Shown here: positions 12,520-22,583 of the stretch, in pieces | How the letters are laid out: the number at the start of each line of letters is the position of its first letter | How positions within the stretch are numbered: position 1 is the stretch's first letter | From: Macrostomum lignano | Taxonomy: Eukaryota | Direction: 5' to 3' | Assembly: GCA_002269645.1 (NCBI GenBank) | Contig: NIVC01001371.1 | Coordinates: 124,001-188,000 of the forward strand | DNA length: 64,000 bases | Made by a program: the position numbers and the translations under genes | Notes under the pieces: generated by a model | Seen by the model: only the letters and a program-made list of their open reading frames with translations | The model's database searches: none | What the model was told of the DNA's origin: nothing

Positions 12520-13584
12520 AGCGCAGCCGAGCAGAGTTTGTCCATGATGATGCGGGAAGGAGGTACTCAGACTGGCCAAGATCGGTGGCGCCTACAGGAG
12601 ACGCACGGGGCGTTGGCTGCTGGGGCGTGGCTGGCCCTGCAATATCGATTCCCATATATCTTATAGCATCCTGTTGACACCGCCACGCGGCCTCATGCAC
12701 GCTAAACTGTTTTCTATATAGCTGTTGCTGCTGGCTCCGTCAGAAAAATAAAAAGCGGTATTTTTAGAAAGAAAAACAACAAAACCGCTAAATGAGGGGA
12801 AGGGGGGTCTTCGTGCGGTTGACAAGTTCACCTGCAGCTTTGTGCGGCTTCTTAGACGATGGCCACCAACGAATTTCCATGGCCTCCAGGTCAAGGTAGA
12901 AGTGGCGCTTGTAGTGCCGGCCGTTCGACCTAATTTTGAACATCTCTGTGCCCTCTTGCATATAGTTGAGACAGTCGAGTGCTGCAAATATTTAAGGGAA
13001 TGAAGCCTTAGATTGGAACAGGATGATCCATGATTATGAGGGGTTATACCTTTATGATGAAGTTATTATTTTGACGATAGTTGTTTTTAGTTTTGATTTG
13101 TGTGTAATCCGTACGTGTGATTCAAATGGTTTGTGCACAAAGCAAGGCTACCGCTGCATCGGACTTGAACTCAATTTAAGGCTGATTTGAGACGCGAAAC
13201 TATGAAAAAATGCAGAAAATATTTTTAAGTATAATTTGTTAGATAGCGCGTAGATATAAAAGATTTTCATTGTTGCAGTGCCTAAAACACTAATAAAATG
13301 AATAAATTATGCTTGTTGACTACACTGCACTATACCAACCGATACTCACCATCGACGACCTTAATTTTTGGTTCATTCGATGTTGCTAAGAAGGACACTT
13401 CTTTCTTGCGGTGTCCAACAATGGTGCCTTCCGCTGAAAGCCGATCGCCCTGGAATATTGGCTTAGGCACACTATCCTCTGACGCTTCAGTAGTTGCTTC
13501 TTCTTCCGTATTCAATAAACTTTCACTCAAATCCTCGTCATTATTGTTTAGACTTTCACTCTTCTCATGCACTGGACTCGACAT
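30..13584 (-). CDS. PLCL: Phospholipase C-like protein (PRIP/PLCL family; PH-EF-X-Y), 15 coding exons; 3' end uncertain or outside the window
   Basis: Phase-consistent GT-AG exons: 13350-13584, 12832-12981, 10485-10724, 10284-10332, 8973-9102, 8775-8887, 7502-7568, 6445-6538, 6105-6222, 5577-5662, 4899-5019, 1726-2014, 1489-1591, 1028-1140, and 380 downward. Motifs: RKKEVSF; [37 protein letters not shown] (PH); [16 protein letters not shown] (EF); [42 protein letters not shown] (X-box); [33 protein letters not shown] (Y-box). All match vertebrate PLCL1/2 as I recall them. Confidence 0.9.
506..950. repeat. Minisatellite, 23-bp unit (CAGGTACACACCCTGAGCACACA) in a PLCL intron
   Basis: Tandem periodicity read directly; it explains the Cys/Val-rich ORFs at 478-961. 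Confidence 0.95.
1170..1450. repeat. Degenerate tandem array of CCGAATCTAAACCCT-like units (telomere-like AAACCCT core)
   Basis: Repeated GAATCTAAACCC motif at about 17-20 bp spacing. Confidence 0.85.
2327..3130 (+). mobile_element. Internally deleted BEL/Pao LTR-retrotransposon relic in a PLCL intron
   Basis: ORF 2327-2704 contains [30 protein letters not shown] (resembles Pao gag DUF1759, Y..A..LL...Y). ORF 2870-3238 contains [27 protein letters not shown] (resembles the Pao W.LE.LGI...DGRY.V.LP segment before RT). No LTRs recognised. Confidence 0.6.
3753..4212. mobile_element. Foldback/MITE-like element, 460 bp, with ~155-bp terminal inverted repeats
   Basis: 3753-~3908 (GTATTGGTTTTGTCAGCCTAACTGAGAATAAAGCC...) is the near-perfect reverse complement of ~4058-4212. 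An internal partial direct duplicate of the arm lies at ~3901-3983. No clear TSD. Confidence 0.8.
5941..6045 (-). repeat. Dispersed ~100-bp repeat; other copies at ~33347-33470 (+) and partial ones at ~29295-29335 and ~22726-22760
   Basis: Shared core GGGCCGCTGTACACCCTGTGTGAGCG..TGAGTGCG.GCCTG.GTACAGCATTGGCG.GCTTG. Confidence 0.75.
6618..7345 (+). mobile_element. hAT/Charlie-type MITE carrying an expanded (GGAGA)n microsatellite (~6690-7205)
   Basis: Starts TAGGGGTCGGCAAA and ends with CGCATGTGGCCCGTGG-type subterminal sequence, as in Charlie-like MITEs. Homologous in reverse to the copy at 60438-60766. Confidence 0.65.
8221..8755. repeat. Minisatellite, 21-bp unit (TTGCAGATATTGGGCAGCTGA / TTGCAGATATGGGGGAGCGGA)
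   Basis: Two alternating variants; the array starts ~20 bp into the intron after the EF-hand exon. Confidence 0.95.
9200..9880. repeat. Minisatellite, ~48-bp unit (GGATACTACGGGGGAGTCAACTGACCCCTGACTTCTATGAAGGGTTG)
   Basis: ATACTACGG recurs at ~48-bp spacing (for example near 9613 and 9661). Confidence 0.9.
10995..11680. mobile_element. Modular repeat element: 17-bp array, inverted repeat, telomere-like 16-bp array (TTAGGGTTTAGGTGGG)n, inverted repeat
   Basis: (GACTGGCAGTGTCTTTT)n at ~10995-11265. GACTGCCGAC (~11280) and GTCGGCAGTC (~11648) flank the array at 11305-11645. Confidence 0.7.
12369..12517. repeat. (CA)n and (GT)n microsatellites in inverted orientation, ~70 bp apart
   Basis: Read directly. 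Confidence 0.9.
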
Positions 13585-13938
13585 GATTATGAATCAATTT
13601 AAAATAGATCAGTCACCAGAAGTAGATATTAAAAAGTTTCATCCGTCATTTCTCTGAAAATAAATTTAGTGAGAGGCATATGACAGTTTTTACATGTATT
13701 TAACATCCTTTTCGACATATCCAATTTCTGATATGAAATAGCTGTAGCTGTAAACTAAACCTTGGTAGAGGAGTGAGAAAAGAGGAGAGAAAAGAGAGCA
13801 GTGAGCAGATAGAAGAGAGAGAGGAGAGAAGACGAGATGATATGATAGATTAAGATGAGAAAAGAAAGGATCGAGAGGAAAGAGAAGAGAGAAGAGAGCA
13901 AAGAGGAGAGAAGTTTCAAAGGACTTGAGGGACGTAGA

Positions 13939-14172
13939 TCAAGAGAGCTGGCGGAAGCCAGAAGCCAGCGTTTGCCAACGCATGCTTTAGAGTTAGACAG
14001 ATGCAAAAATAGCTCCATTGATTCGAATTCAGCAGTTTCAAAGTCCGCGGATTTCAACAACTATAGTATCTAAATTTTGGCGAAAACGCAATTAAAATTG
14101 GTCAAGAATTGCAATCTGTAGAGCGTCATGGACATACAAACAAACTAATATGAGAGATTTAGTATATTTAGA
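13939..14172 (+). mobile_element. Possible non-autonomous Helentron/HINE-like element
   Basis: Ends ...AATTGCAATCTGTAGAGCGTCATGGACATACAAACAAAC...GAGATTTAGTATATTTAGAT, resembling the 3' ends of invertebrate HINE/DINE-type elements (from memory, not searched). Confidence 0.35.
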
Positions 14173-14599
14173 TAAATTAGAGTTCATCATACAACTCATG
14201 ATGTTTTTTGAGAGAAAACTCACATGTTTTTATAAGGCTGACAGATCAAACGACTGTGATTGCGTTATATTATAGGTTGTTTAATGATGTTTAATTTTTA
14301 CCAGGTCTTTATCAGGGATAATGATTGAAAAGCACGCTAATCTAGAAGTCGATTCAAAAGCGCGTCAAAAATTGAAAAAACGCGGTTTTAATAATATCTT
14401 AGTTAAAACAAATCTAAAATCAATTTTTTTAAATTAGCATTTAATTGCTGCATAACTACAATAATTTTACTAAAAAACAAAAATATATTAAAACTACAAT
14501 AAATTAATTAGAGTATTTTATACAAGAAACGCCCTAAATTTTGGATTCGTAGAATCTACGTAGAAACTTTCCCAAAGCTTTAATAACGAGAAATACCTA

Positions 14600-15070
14600 G
14601 TGAAAAAGCACCTTAAGATACACAGAGAAAGAGAACTTAGCCAAAAGCTAGAGAATCAGCAACATATTAAACTCTACAAAAACGCCTATCTCTACAAAAA
14701 AATCTGCAGGCCCGACCTTTCAGATTACTTTCCATGCACTTTTAGAAACAAAAAATTCCTAACAACCCTCCTAAAACTGAAATGCGAAATTACACCCAAC
14801 ATTTTATCTCATGAAGCATGTAGACTGTGTGGAGCGAGAAATGGTTCCGATATCCTACACTACTTGACCGAATGTCCACAAACTGAAAAGATTAGAAAAA
14901 AATACTTCTGTCAGTACCTCTTAAATGACAAGCAAGTACACAAGTTAGGATATGCTACAAATGAAAAAAGAGTCAGAAAAGAGCTCACTGGTGTAGCTAA
15001 AATATATGAAGTCATGAATAGCTAAAACAGTTATGCAAACTGAAACAGATATATCAGCAGTGTAATAAAT
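14600..15070 (+). mobile_element. 5'-truncated LINE fragment (ORF2 C-terminus with CCHC zinc knuckle)
   Basis: ORF 14600-15025 contains CRLCGARNGSDILHYLTECP (C-x2-C-x8-H-x4-C), followed by a short 3' UTR with AATAAA. Confidence 0.7.
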
Positions 15071-16367
15071 CCACTTTTCATTTGTTTATTCATTTACTGT
15101 CTTTTTAATTTCCTATTTAATTAGCATTTAATTAGTATTTAATTAGTTTCCCATCTAATACCTATTTAAATCGTCGTTATTCATTTTTTATCAGCATTTA
15201 ATTAGTATTTAATTAGTTTCCTATCTAATACCTATTTAAATCGTCGTTATTCGTTAAACGTAAAGTTCTTTCAAAGTATGTTCATGTTCGTTTTTCATGC
15301 TTTGAAATATCACGCGCTTGCAAAATACTACATCTTTTTACAAAAAACACTCTTTCAAATACCTTAATAATTTTACAAATATCGTAACTTGCATCATAAC
15401 TCGTGTAAAAATTTAACCTTTTGAACAAATTTAACCTTTTGAACTTAATCGTAATTAAACAACTAATGCTAAAATATCTTAAATACACAGAAATATACTG
15501 GCCAAACAGGCTTCTTGCCTGAGCCAACTTACTACTACTACTACTACTAAACAATAAATCTTAGTGCATAGTGCCAGTATGCTATGCTTTGTCTAGTCCA
15601 GACTCTATTATATTATCTTAACAGAAAATTTTGCAAAGTGGTATAAGTTATACCATAGTTATACTATAACTATAGCCATTTCAAATTCATTTCAAAAAGT
15701 TTATTTTAAGTATAAATTTTAAGCTTTTTCTGAAGTTTCTAGTTTTAAGCTTGTAATATAGTATTTAAACTAATGTTTATCAATATTACTTTTCTAGTAA
15801 AGATAGTATTGGCAAGGAAGATGAAAAAGCAACCAAATTATCTGCCAAAAATATTTGGCAGATATATTTTATAGAAATAATATATAAGTTATAGGTAGAT
15901 ATTATAGCCTAGTGGTTAGCAAAGGCAGATCTAGAAAAAATTTATATGGGGCAAGCTAAAATAAGCACTATAACCTACTATTAGAAACTAGACCTTGCAT
16001 AGTTATAAAGGCCAACTTTTACTGCCACAAAAAACTTAAAACTATATTTTGGTTAAAACTACAACTGTGTTGCACTGTCATTTCCAATCACTTTTGTCTC
16101 TAAAATAGAAGGCACTAACTTTATATTAACTTGAAACAAGTGAAAGTAAAAATAAAATAGGAATAGGAGAATAAAATATTGAAATACGGATAGAAAGACA
16201 CAATAAAAATAGAAACCCACTTTGTTTGTGTATTCCCTAAAAATTATTTGAATTTTTTATAAGGGGATAGAAGCTAAAGGACGACTGCGAGATCAAAGAA
16301 AAGGTTAGAAATAAATAAGGCAAAGCCATACAGGGATGTAAGAGAAAATATATAATGATAAGAATGC

Positions 16368-18071
16368 TTATAATAGCCAATGTGGTTGGCCATGCCTATT
16401 CCTAAAATACTGGCTTATTCAAAGTGCTAGCATTCCTAGACAATCAGGGTACTGTTTTCAATTTGGTTCTTGTTTGATATATGGCATTGATTGTATAGCC
16501 AAACATATGTAGCATTTCAATAGAGCTTTGGTTAGCAAATGTTATACTATAAGGCCATCACCTATAGGACTAATTGCTATGGGATGGCCTACCCTGATAG
16601 TGAAATGGCACTTGCTTCTGCTAGTCTCCTCCTCCAGGATACTGATTGCTTTTCCTAGAAATGCCACAAGTCTTGGTACCTCCATGCTAATGGTAGACAA
16701 TCTAAAAATTCTAGACCAGAAGCAGCAATAAGCAAAATCCAAGTTTCTAAAACTAGCATAGCATCTTCCAACTGGCCAGGTAAGGGTTTGTTGCTGAATC
16801 CATATAGTCTATGCCATCTATGCTCTTTGAGTATATGACCATTGTCAATGGATTTAAAACCACCTACTGCTTGCCTTTCCAATAGACACATGGTAAGTTC
16901 ACATAGGCAGCCTGCCCAGCAGTGTGTAGGAGATATATAGTATTTGTCCTACTGCTCTTCTTGTCCACAAACTTATAAGCAAGCACCTTGCCATTCCTTA
17001 TAAAAGCTACTGCAGTTGTAGTTGCTGCAGCAATAGTGGGATTCTTTGATTGCTACACATAGTGCCTATGAGCCAAGTTCTATTTGCTAGCAGCCAATGC
17101 AACATTAACCAGCTGTCTATAAACACATTGTAATTAATGTTAGAGTTCACAGTATAGCTTGGCCAAATTTTGCTCATCAACAGAAAGGTTGCTACAGTTG
17201 AGTCCTAGTCCAAATTGTATATTTGCATGTTCTGTGGAGTGAATTGCAAAATTCTATAAGTAGCCAGTCTCTAACTCATATAGGTAGTAAAGTTCTGCTC
17301 TTCTTAGTTGGGATATACTGCTTGAATATCAGACACCCTTTGTACAAGACTAGAATTTTGTTAATGGAAAAGTGCTAGTGTGGCATATAGTTATTGCTGC
17401 ATACTTGCTGCAGATAGTATAAAAATGGCTAGATTTTGGCCAATGGCCTTTCCTGGACATCCATGCAGTCATAGAAACAAAGGCAATAAAGCAGCTGCTT
17501 GAATCTATCTCTTAAGAAGGCATTGGGCATGGACAGAAAGGAGTAATAGAGGGTCTTGGCTCTAGTAACTACTGATATTTGGCTTTTTGTCTATGCCTAT
17601 CAACAGAACAATCCTGAATAGCTTCCTCACCTTATTATTTGTGCAATCTTTCCAGTTCTTTGCCAGCTTTGACAACTAGTGCATTAATGCACTCCTCAAA
17701 AATCTTCCATGCCCTACAATTTGTCCAGGTCTTCATACTTGCAATAATTCCATTAGTGAGATATAGACTTAGAAACTCCTCTTTGTTTCCATTAGCTAAA
17801 GCTGGAGGCATCCAATCTAGGCAAACCCCTAGTATTCCTAGAAATTCAGCTTTATTTGGCATAGCATCTATTCTAGCCTGAACCAACTGCCACTCTGGTA
17901 CATTACCAACTTCTTTGTCTCTATGGCTTTTTCTTCTTTGCCTTCTTCTTTTATCAACTTGTCTTTCTCAATTCCATAACAACTTAAGTAAGTGTTATTA
18001 GGCAAAATTTTCTGGTATTCATTCTCAAATTCCATGGAAAAAGCAATATTGCAAGAAAGTGCAGTAGCCAT
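16368..18071 (-). mobile_element. Full-length-scale piggyBac (PGBD4-like) transposase relic, heavily C->T/G->A mutated
   Basis: Manual translation through stops gives FLSLYLTNGIIASMKTWTN; RDRFKQLL..KI*PFL; HFSINKILVLYKGCLIFKQYIPTK (=SIDE..V.YKGR..FKQYIP.K); ETGYL*NF; VFIDSW..GTMCSNQ; LAYKFVDKK; SIDGIDYMD (=MGGVD..D); WKMLC*F*KLGF (=RK..KW..KL.F); and a C-terminal CYIC..YPDC..L Cys-rich domain. TIRs and TTAA TSD not identified. Confidence 0.85.
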
Positions 18072-19936
18072 TGAGACAAGAAATATATAATTATAGTATA
18101 AGTGGCAAGAAAATAAGAGTCTATTTGATTGGAATTGAAAGAGAACAGTAAGTGTAGCACTGGGCCCAAAACAAGTATAATTATAAGACAGGGGAGTGAA
18201 AATAAAAGGAGGGGTAGAATATACAACTAAAAGAGGCAAGGTTGAAGAGCCAATTAGAAGGCAGTGAGGGAGAGAAATAAAAATAACAAGACTGAACTAG
18301 ACCAATAGGGATAAAACAAAGTAAACAGAGATAAGTGCAGATAAACTAAATAAATGACTAAGAAAGTTGCATCAGAGAGAAACTAGAGGAAAATGTGGTG
18401 CTGTAACAGCAATTGTAACAACTATCAACTAGTGTATATCCTATTAGAAATAGGGGTGATGCCAAGCTCCACCTTTTATATCAAGATTAATAATGACTTG
18501 AGCAAACTTGGCAAATTTTACTTTAATATTAGTATACTTTTTGCCTAGCTTGAATTTTTTTCTGCAGATCTAATAAGATCTGACAGGATTTTGCAAGAAA
18601 GTTATTTATTTTTTCTATGTAATTTTTATTTTATTTTATAATTTTAATAAATTTTTATTTTTCTTGTTATCTTGTAAGATATCATAAGCATTTCTTAAGA
18701 TCTTATAAGATTTTGTGAAAGATATTTTAAGTTGTTGTTTGATTTATGGCAACCTTTTAGTCTTCCTTTGGTCTGCAGATGACTGCACAGGTTGTTCCCT
18801 GCATGTCACAACTATGTTGTTTTGTATAACTGAATGGCTGCTCTTATTAGATACAAGTTAAAATATAATAGCAGCAACTAAACTTGCCTATAGACAAGTC
18901 TGTGAAGTTAAAAAAATGAAGAAATATTATTTGAAGTCATTTGTATAATTTAGACTGCTATATAATTTGTATTTAAAAATTACTACATGACAGATAAGCT
19001 TGATTTTAATGAGTATTTTAATATAAAAATAGAGTTAGACCAAAACTGAAACACAAAGAAAGCTGTGTAAAACATTGCAGTCAATAAACATATTGCTAAA
19101 TAATACTGTTAATTACTTGTTGCCTATTCTAGAAGGACAGTGCTAAAGAAAAAACAATGCAACTAATAGTATAAAACAAATTAGTTTTATTCATAATAGG
19201 CAACAAATTTATTCAAAATGTAACTAGCATAGTGTAAAGAATACAAGTAACAATGACTGCACAACAATTGTGGGAAATGTACAATAATAAACACAGTAGA
19301 AAAGGCACAATGTTCAACAAAAAGCACAGGCAGGTTGCAGATACCAGCATGACATTGCTTGTGTAAGTGTTAGCAAAACTTCCAATGTACTAAAAATGGT
19401 CTGTCAGTATCTAGGTAGGTAGGTATGTGATTGATTTTAGCAAAAACGGCTTAACTGATTTTGTTCAAACTTGATTTAACCGATTTAATCCTTTTTTCTT
19501 GTAATAAATCCACTTTTTTAATCCACAATAAATCCTTGTTTAGATCCATCATCAATAGCTTTACCATTGGATTCTGCATTTGGACTACATATTTGGTCAT
19601 ACTTGTTAGCTAAATTGATGGCACGTGGCACCATCAGTATCACAGTCAGAAATAATGCCTTCAGCCAAAACTTCCTTTAATCCTTGAACCTTTGTAATGC
19701 CACTGGTGCATAGAACAGTGACCATATGCTTTTTTGGCCTTTCGTTGACAGCAATGGTTGAGCCTTGAAATGAATAATAAGTAATGTTTTTCCTGTGTTA
19801 AATTTTGTTGCTTGGCATAAGCATCCTATAGGCTGTACTTATAACTCCAGCAGAAACCTTGACTGTGTACTTGTATAGTGCAATTAACTACATATTGCAA
19901 TATCATTCAGTTGTCAAACCTTGTCAACTTCAGAGT

Positions 19937-20972
19937 ATGCCAAGACAGCTAGTAAGCTACTATGACACACTTGTCACCCAATCTGATTATGACACATTGC
20001 ACGATGGCATGTGGCTAAATGACAACATCATCAGTTTTGCATTAGAATATATTGATCGCACCAAATGTCGCGGATCCAATAATGGAACTCAATGGATCAC
20101 TCTGTTAGATCCCACTGTGTGCCAGGCTGTTAAACTTACTGGACAGGCGGTTGAACTGCTGGCTCAGCGAGATCTTAGAGCTTGTGAGTTTCTTGCTAAT
20201 ACAAGCCTGGACTCAATGCTATCGTTTTGTATCGATTCATCTGTGTTTTTGCCTTGACATCTAGTTAATTCACTTCACATATTGTGAGTTTTAGGGGTTG
20301 GAGAAGAGTTTTGGAGGTTGTGAATTTTGGGGGTTGTGAACTTAGAGGTTTGTGAATTTACGGGTTTGTGAATTAAGGCCTTTGTGAATTTACGGGTTTG
20401 TGAAGTTTTGGGGGTTGTAAAGTTTGAGAAGTTGTGAATTTCGGAGTACCCAGCCTAGTCACTGTAAAGTATACGCGCTATTATTTAAAACAGCCGCAGG
20501 CTCGTCCAACACTAGAGGCCTCCTAGGCGTGGTTAGCGACAGCGATTCGCCCGACCAGCCAGGCGGCACTCACTGGTCTCTGCTGGCCATCCGCTACGTT
20601 GCCAATAGCAACGCCACCAACGGAGCCTGTAGAATTGTTGACGCTCTGCATTTCGACAGCCTGTCCGGCAGCAATCGGCACTCGGCTGCTGACCTGGCCG
20701 CCGCTCTGCACCCGGCCCTGTGCGACTGTCCGATCGCATTGCCGACTGTCCGAGAGGCGGCCGGCTGCGCTAGGCAGGCCAACAGCTCCGACTGCGGCGC
20801 ATTCGTTCTGCTGTACGCTGAACAGCTGGTCGACGCCGCCAGCCCGGACGATTGGCCGTTGATGTCGGCCGGCGGCGACGGTCGGGCCAGCGAGGCTGTC
20901 CGTGAGCTGCGGGCGAGATATCGGCGATTGATCGAGCAGTTGGCTGCTGATGGGCCGTTGTATAAGGATTAG
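19937..20972 (+). CDS. SENP8: Sentrin/NEDD8-specific protease SENP8 (NEDP1/DEN1), 2 exons
   Basis: Exons 19937-20183 and 20500-20972. Motifs LVSYYDTLVTQSD...WLNDNIISFALEY, GGTHWSLL (His), HFDS (Asp) and QANSSDCGAFV (Cys) show an intact Ulp1/C48 triad. Confidence 0.93.
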
Positions 20973-21049
20973 CTGGTTGGAGATTGCGATCCTGTCTGGC
21001 TTATGGTTGGGGTCATTGGCGATATTGTTATCGGAGTAGATCGATTGTT

Positions 21050-21380
21050 TATGTGTACAGATCGGCGACTCATGAGTACAGATCGGCGACTCATGGGTAC
21101 AGATCGGCGATTTATACGTACAAATAGGCTATTAATGAGTACAGATCGGCGACTCATGAGTACAGATCGGCGACTCATGGGTACAGATCGGCGATTTATA
21201 CGTACAAATAGGCTATTAATGAGTACAGATCGGCGACTCATGAGTACAGATCGGCGACTCATGGGTACAGATCGGCGATTTATACGTACAAATAGGCTAT
21301 TCATGAGTACAGATCGGCGACTCATGAGTACAGATCGGCGATTTGTGTGTACAGATCGGCGATTCATCAGTACAGATACA
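21050..21380. repeat. Minisatellite, 21-bp unit with an 84-bp higher-order period, just 3' of SENP8
   Basis: TACAGATCGGCGACTCATGAG x3 plus one variant unit, repeated. Confidence 0.9.
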
Positions 21381-21644
21381 GATACGCTTACGAGAATAAT
21401 CAATCTGTCCTTCATTGTAGAACTATTAATATCTAGTTTTTATTTAAAATGCTAGCCGGAAATTTAACTTGAAATGCATTTTCTGATTTTGTGTCAATAA
21501 AAGGATCTTTCTTAATGCTTGCTATTGTTTTTTTAAAATTGCATTGCCTTCAATACATGGCATTTTTGGCTGACATGACGTTATCATTTAAAGTGAGCCA
21601 CCTTCCTACATTCTCATAATTCTACCTGTTCTCATTTTCTTAAA

Positions 21645-21972
21645 TTCTCAGATTCCCCAGTTCCTCAGGTTCCCCATCAGATTCCCCAGTTCCTCAGGTT
21701 CCCCATCAGATTCCCCAGTTCCTCAGGTTCCCCATCAGATTCCCCAGTTCCTCAGGTTCCCAAACTCCACAGATTGCCCAGCTTCTCAGATTCCCAAGCA
21801 CCTCAGCTTCCCCAGCTCCTCAGATTCTCCAGCTCCTCAGATTCTCCAGCTCCTCAGATTCTCCAGCTCCTCAGATTCTCCAGCTCCTCAGATTCTCCAG
21901 CTCCTCAGATTCTCCAGCTCCTCAGATTCTCCAGCTCCTCAGATTCTCCAGCTCCTCAGATTCTCCAGCTCC
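21645..21972. repeat. Two adjacent related minisatellites (29-bp unit, then 17-bp CAGATTCTCCAGCTCCT)
   Basis: Read directly. Confidence 0.9.
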
Positions 21973-22268
21973 TTAGTTTCCTCAGCGCCTCTCATTCCCC
22001 AGGTTTTTAGATTTCCCATCTCCTCAGATTCCCCTCAGTATTAAATAGGTATCTTATAAAGGTATAGATAGATATGTATATATATAATAGAGGGTCAATA
22101 AGTAATGTAAATTAAGCTTACATTAAGTTTTTCGCTTTTGTTTTTCAGCCCTAAAATCCATTTTCCGAACTGCCCAGGGTTGGCTTTCGAATCCAACCGA
22201 TCTAAGTAGTAAAATACAAGCATCCTTCCGAAGCAAGGCAAAGAAATTAGGGTGATAAAATAAAATCA

Positions 22269-22546
22269 ATGACTACGACTATCGATGAGGAAGCGGAATT
22301 GATTAGCGGCAGCTGGGCTCCGCCGAAGAGCACCCGCGAGCGCCAATACGAGAGCGCCTATAGGCGCGCACTGGCCGACGCGCTAACTTGGATTGAGCGC
22401 TCAACTGGGACGCGCCTCAGTGGCAGGCCGCAGCAACCAGACGCGGCCTACCCACCTGGTCTGTTCCGCCAGTTGCTTAGCGACGGCGTGCAGCTGTGCG
22501 AGTGAGTTCGATTCGAAAAGAAATATTCGCCTAGTTATTATCAGGG

Positions 22547-22583
<37 letters not shown>

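Noticed and set aside
16542-16891. Listed short ORFs that looked like LINE reverse-transcriptase fragments (LDFA, GFKSID)
   Set aside because: A different, stop-interrupted frame gives a much better and continuous match to piggyBac transposase.
16368-18071. Alternative genetic code or TAG readthrough explaining the many in-frame TAGs
   Set aside because: Host genes here (SENP8, SLC25, the neuropeptide) end in TAG, and the relic also has missense lesions and frameshifts at catalytic motifs.
19520-19800. Short minus-strand reading frames upstream of SENP8
   Set aside because: No recognisable family, interrupted by a stop, and no splice support.
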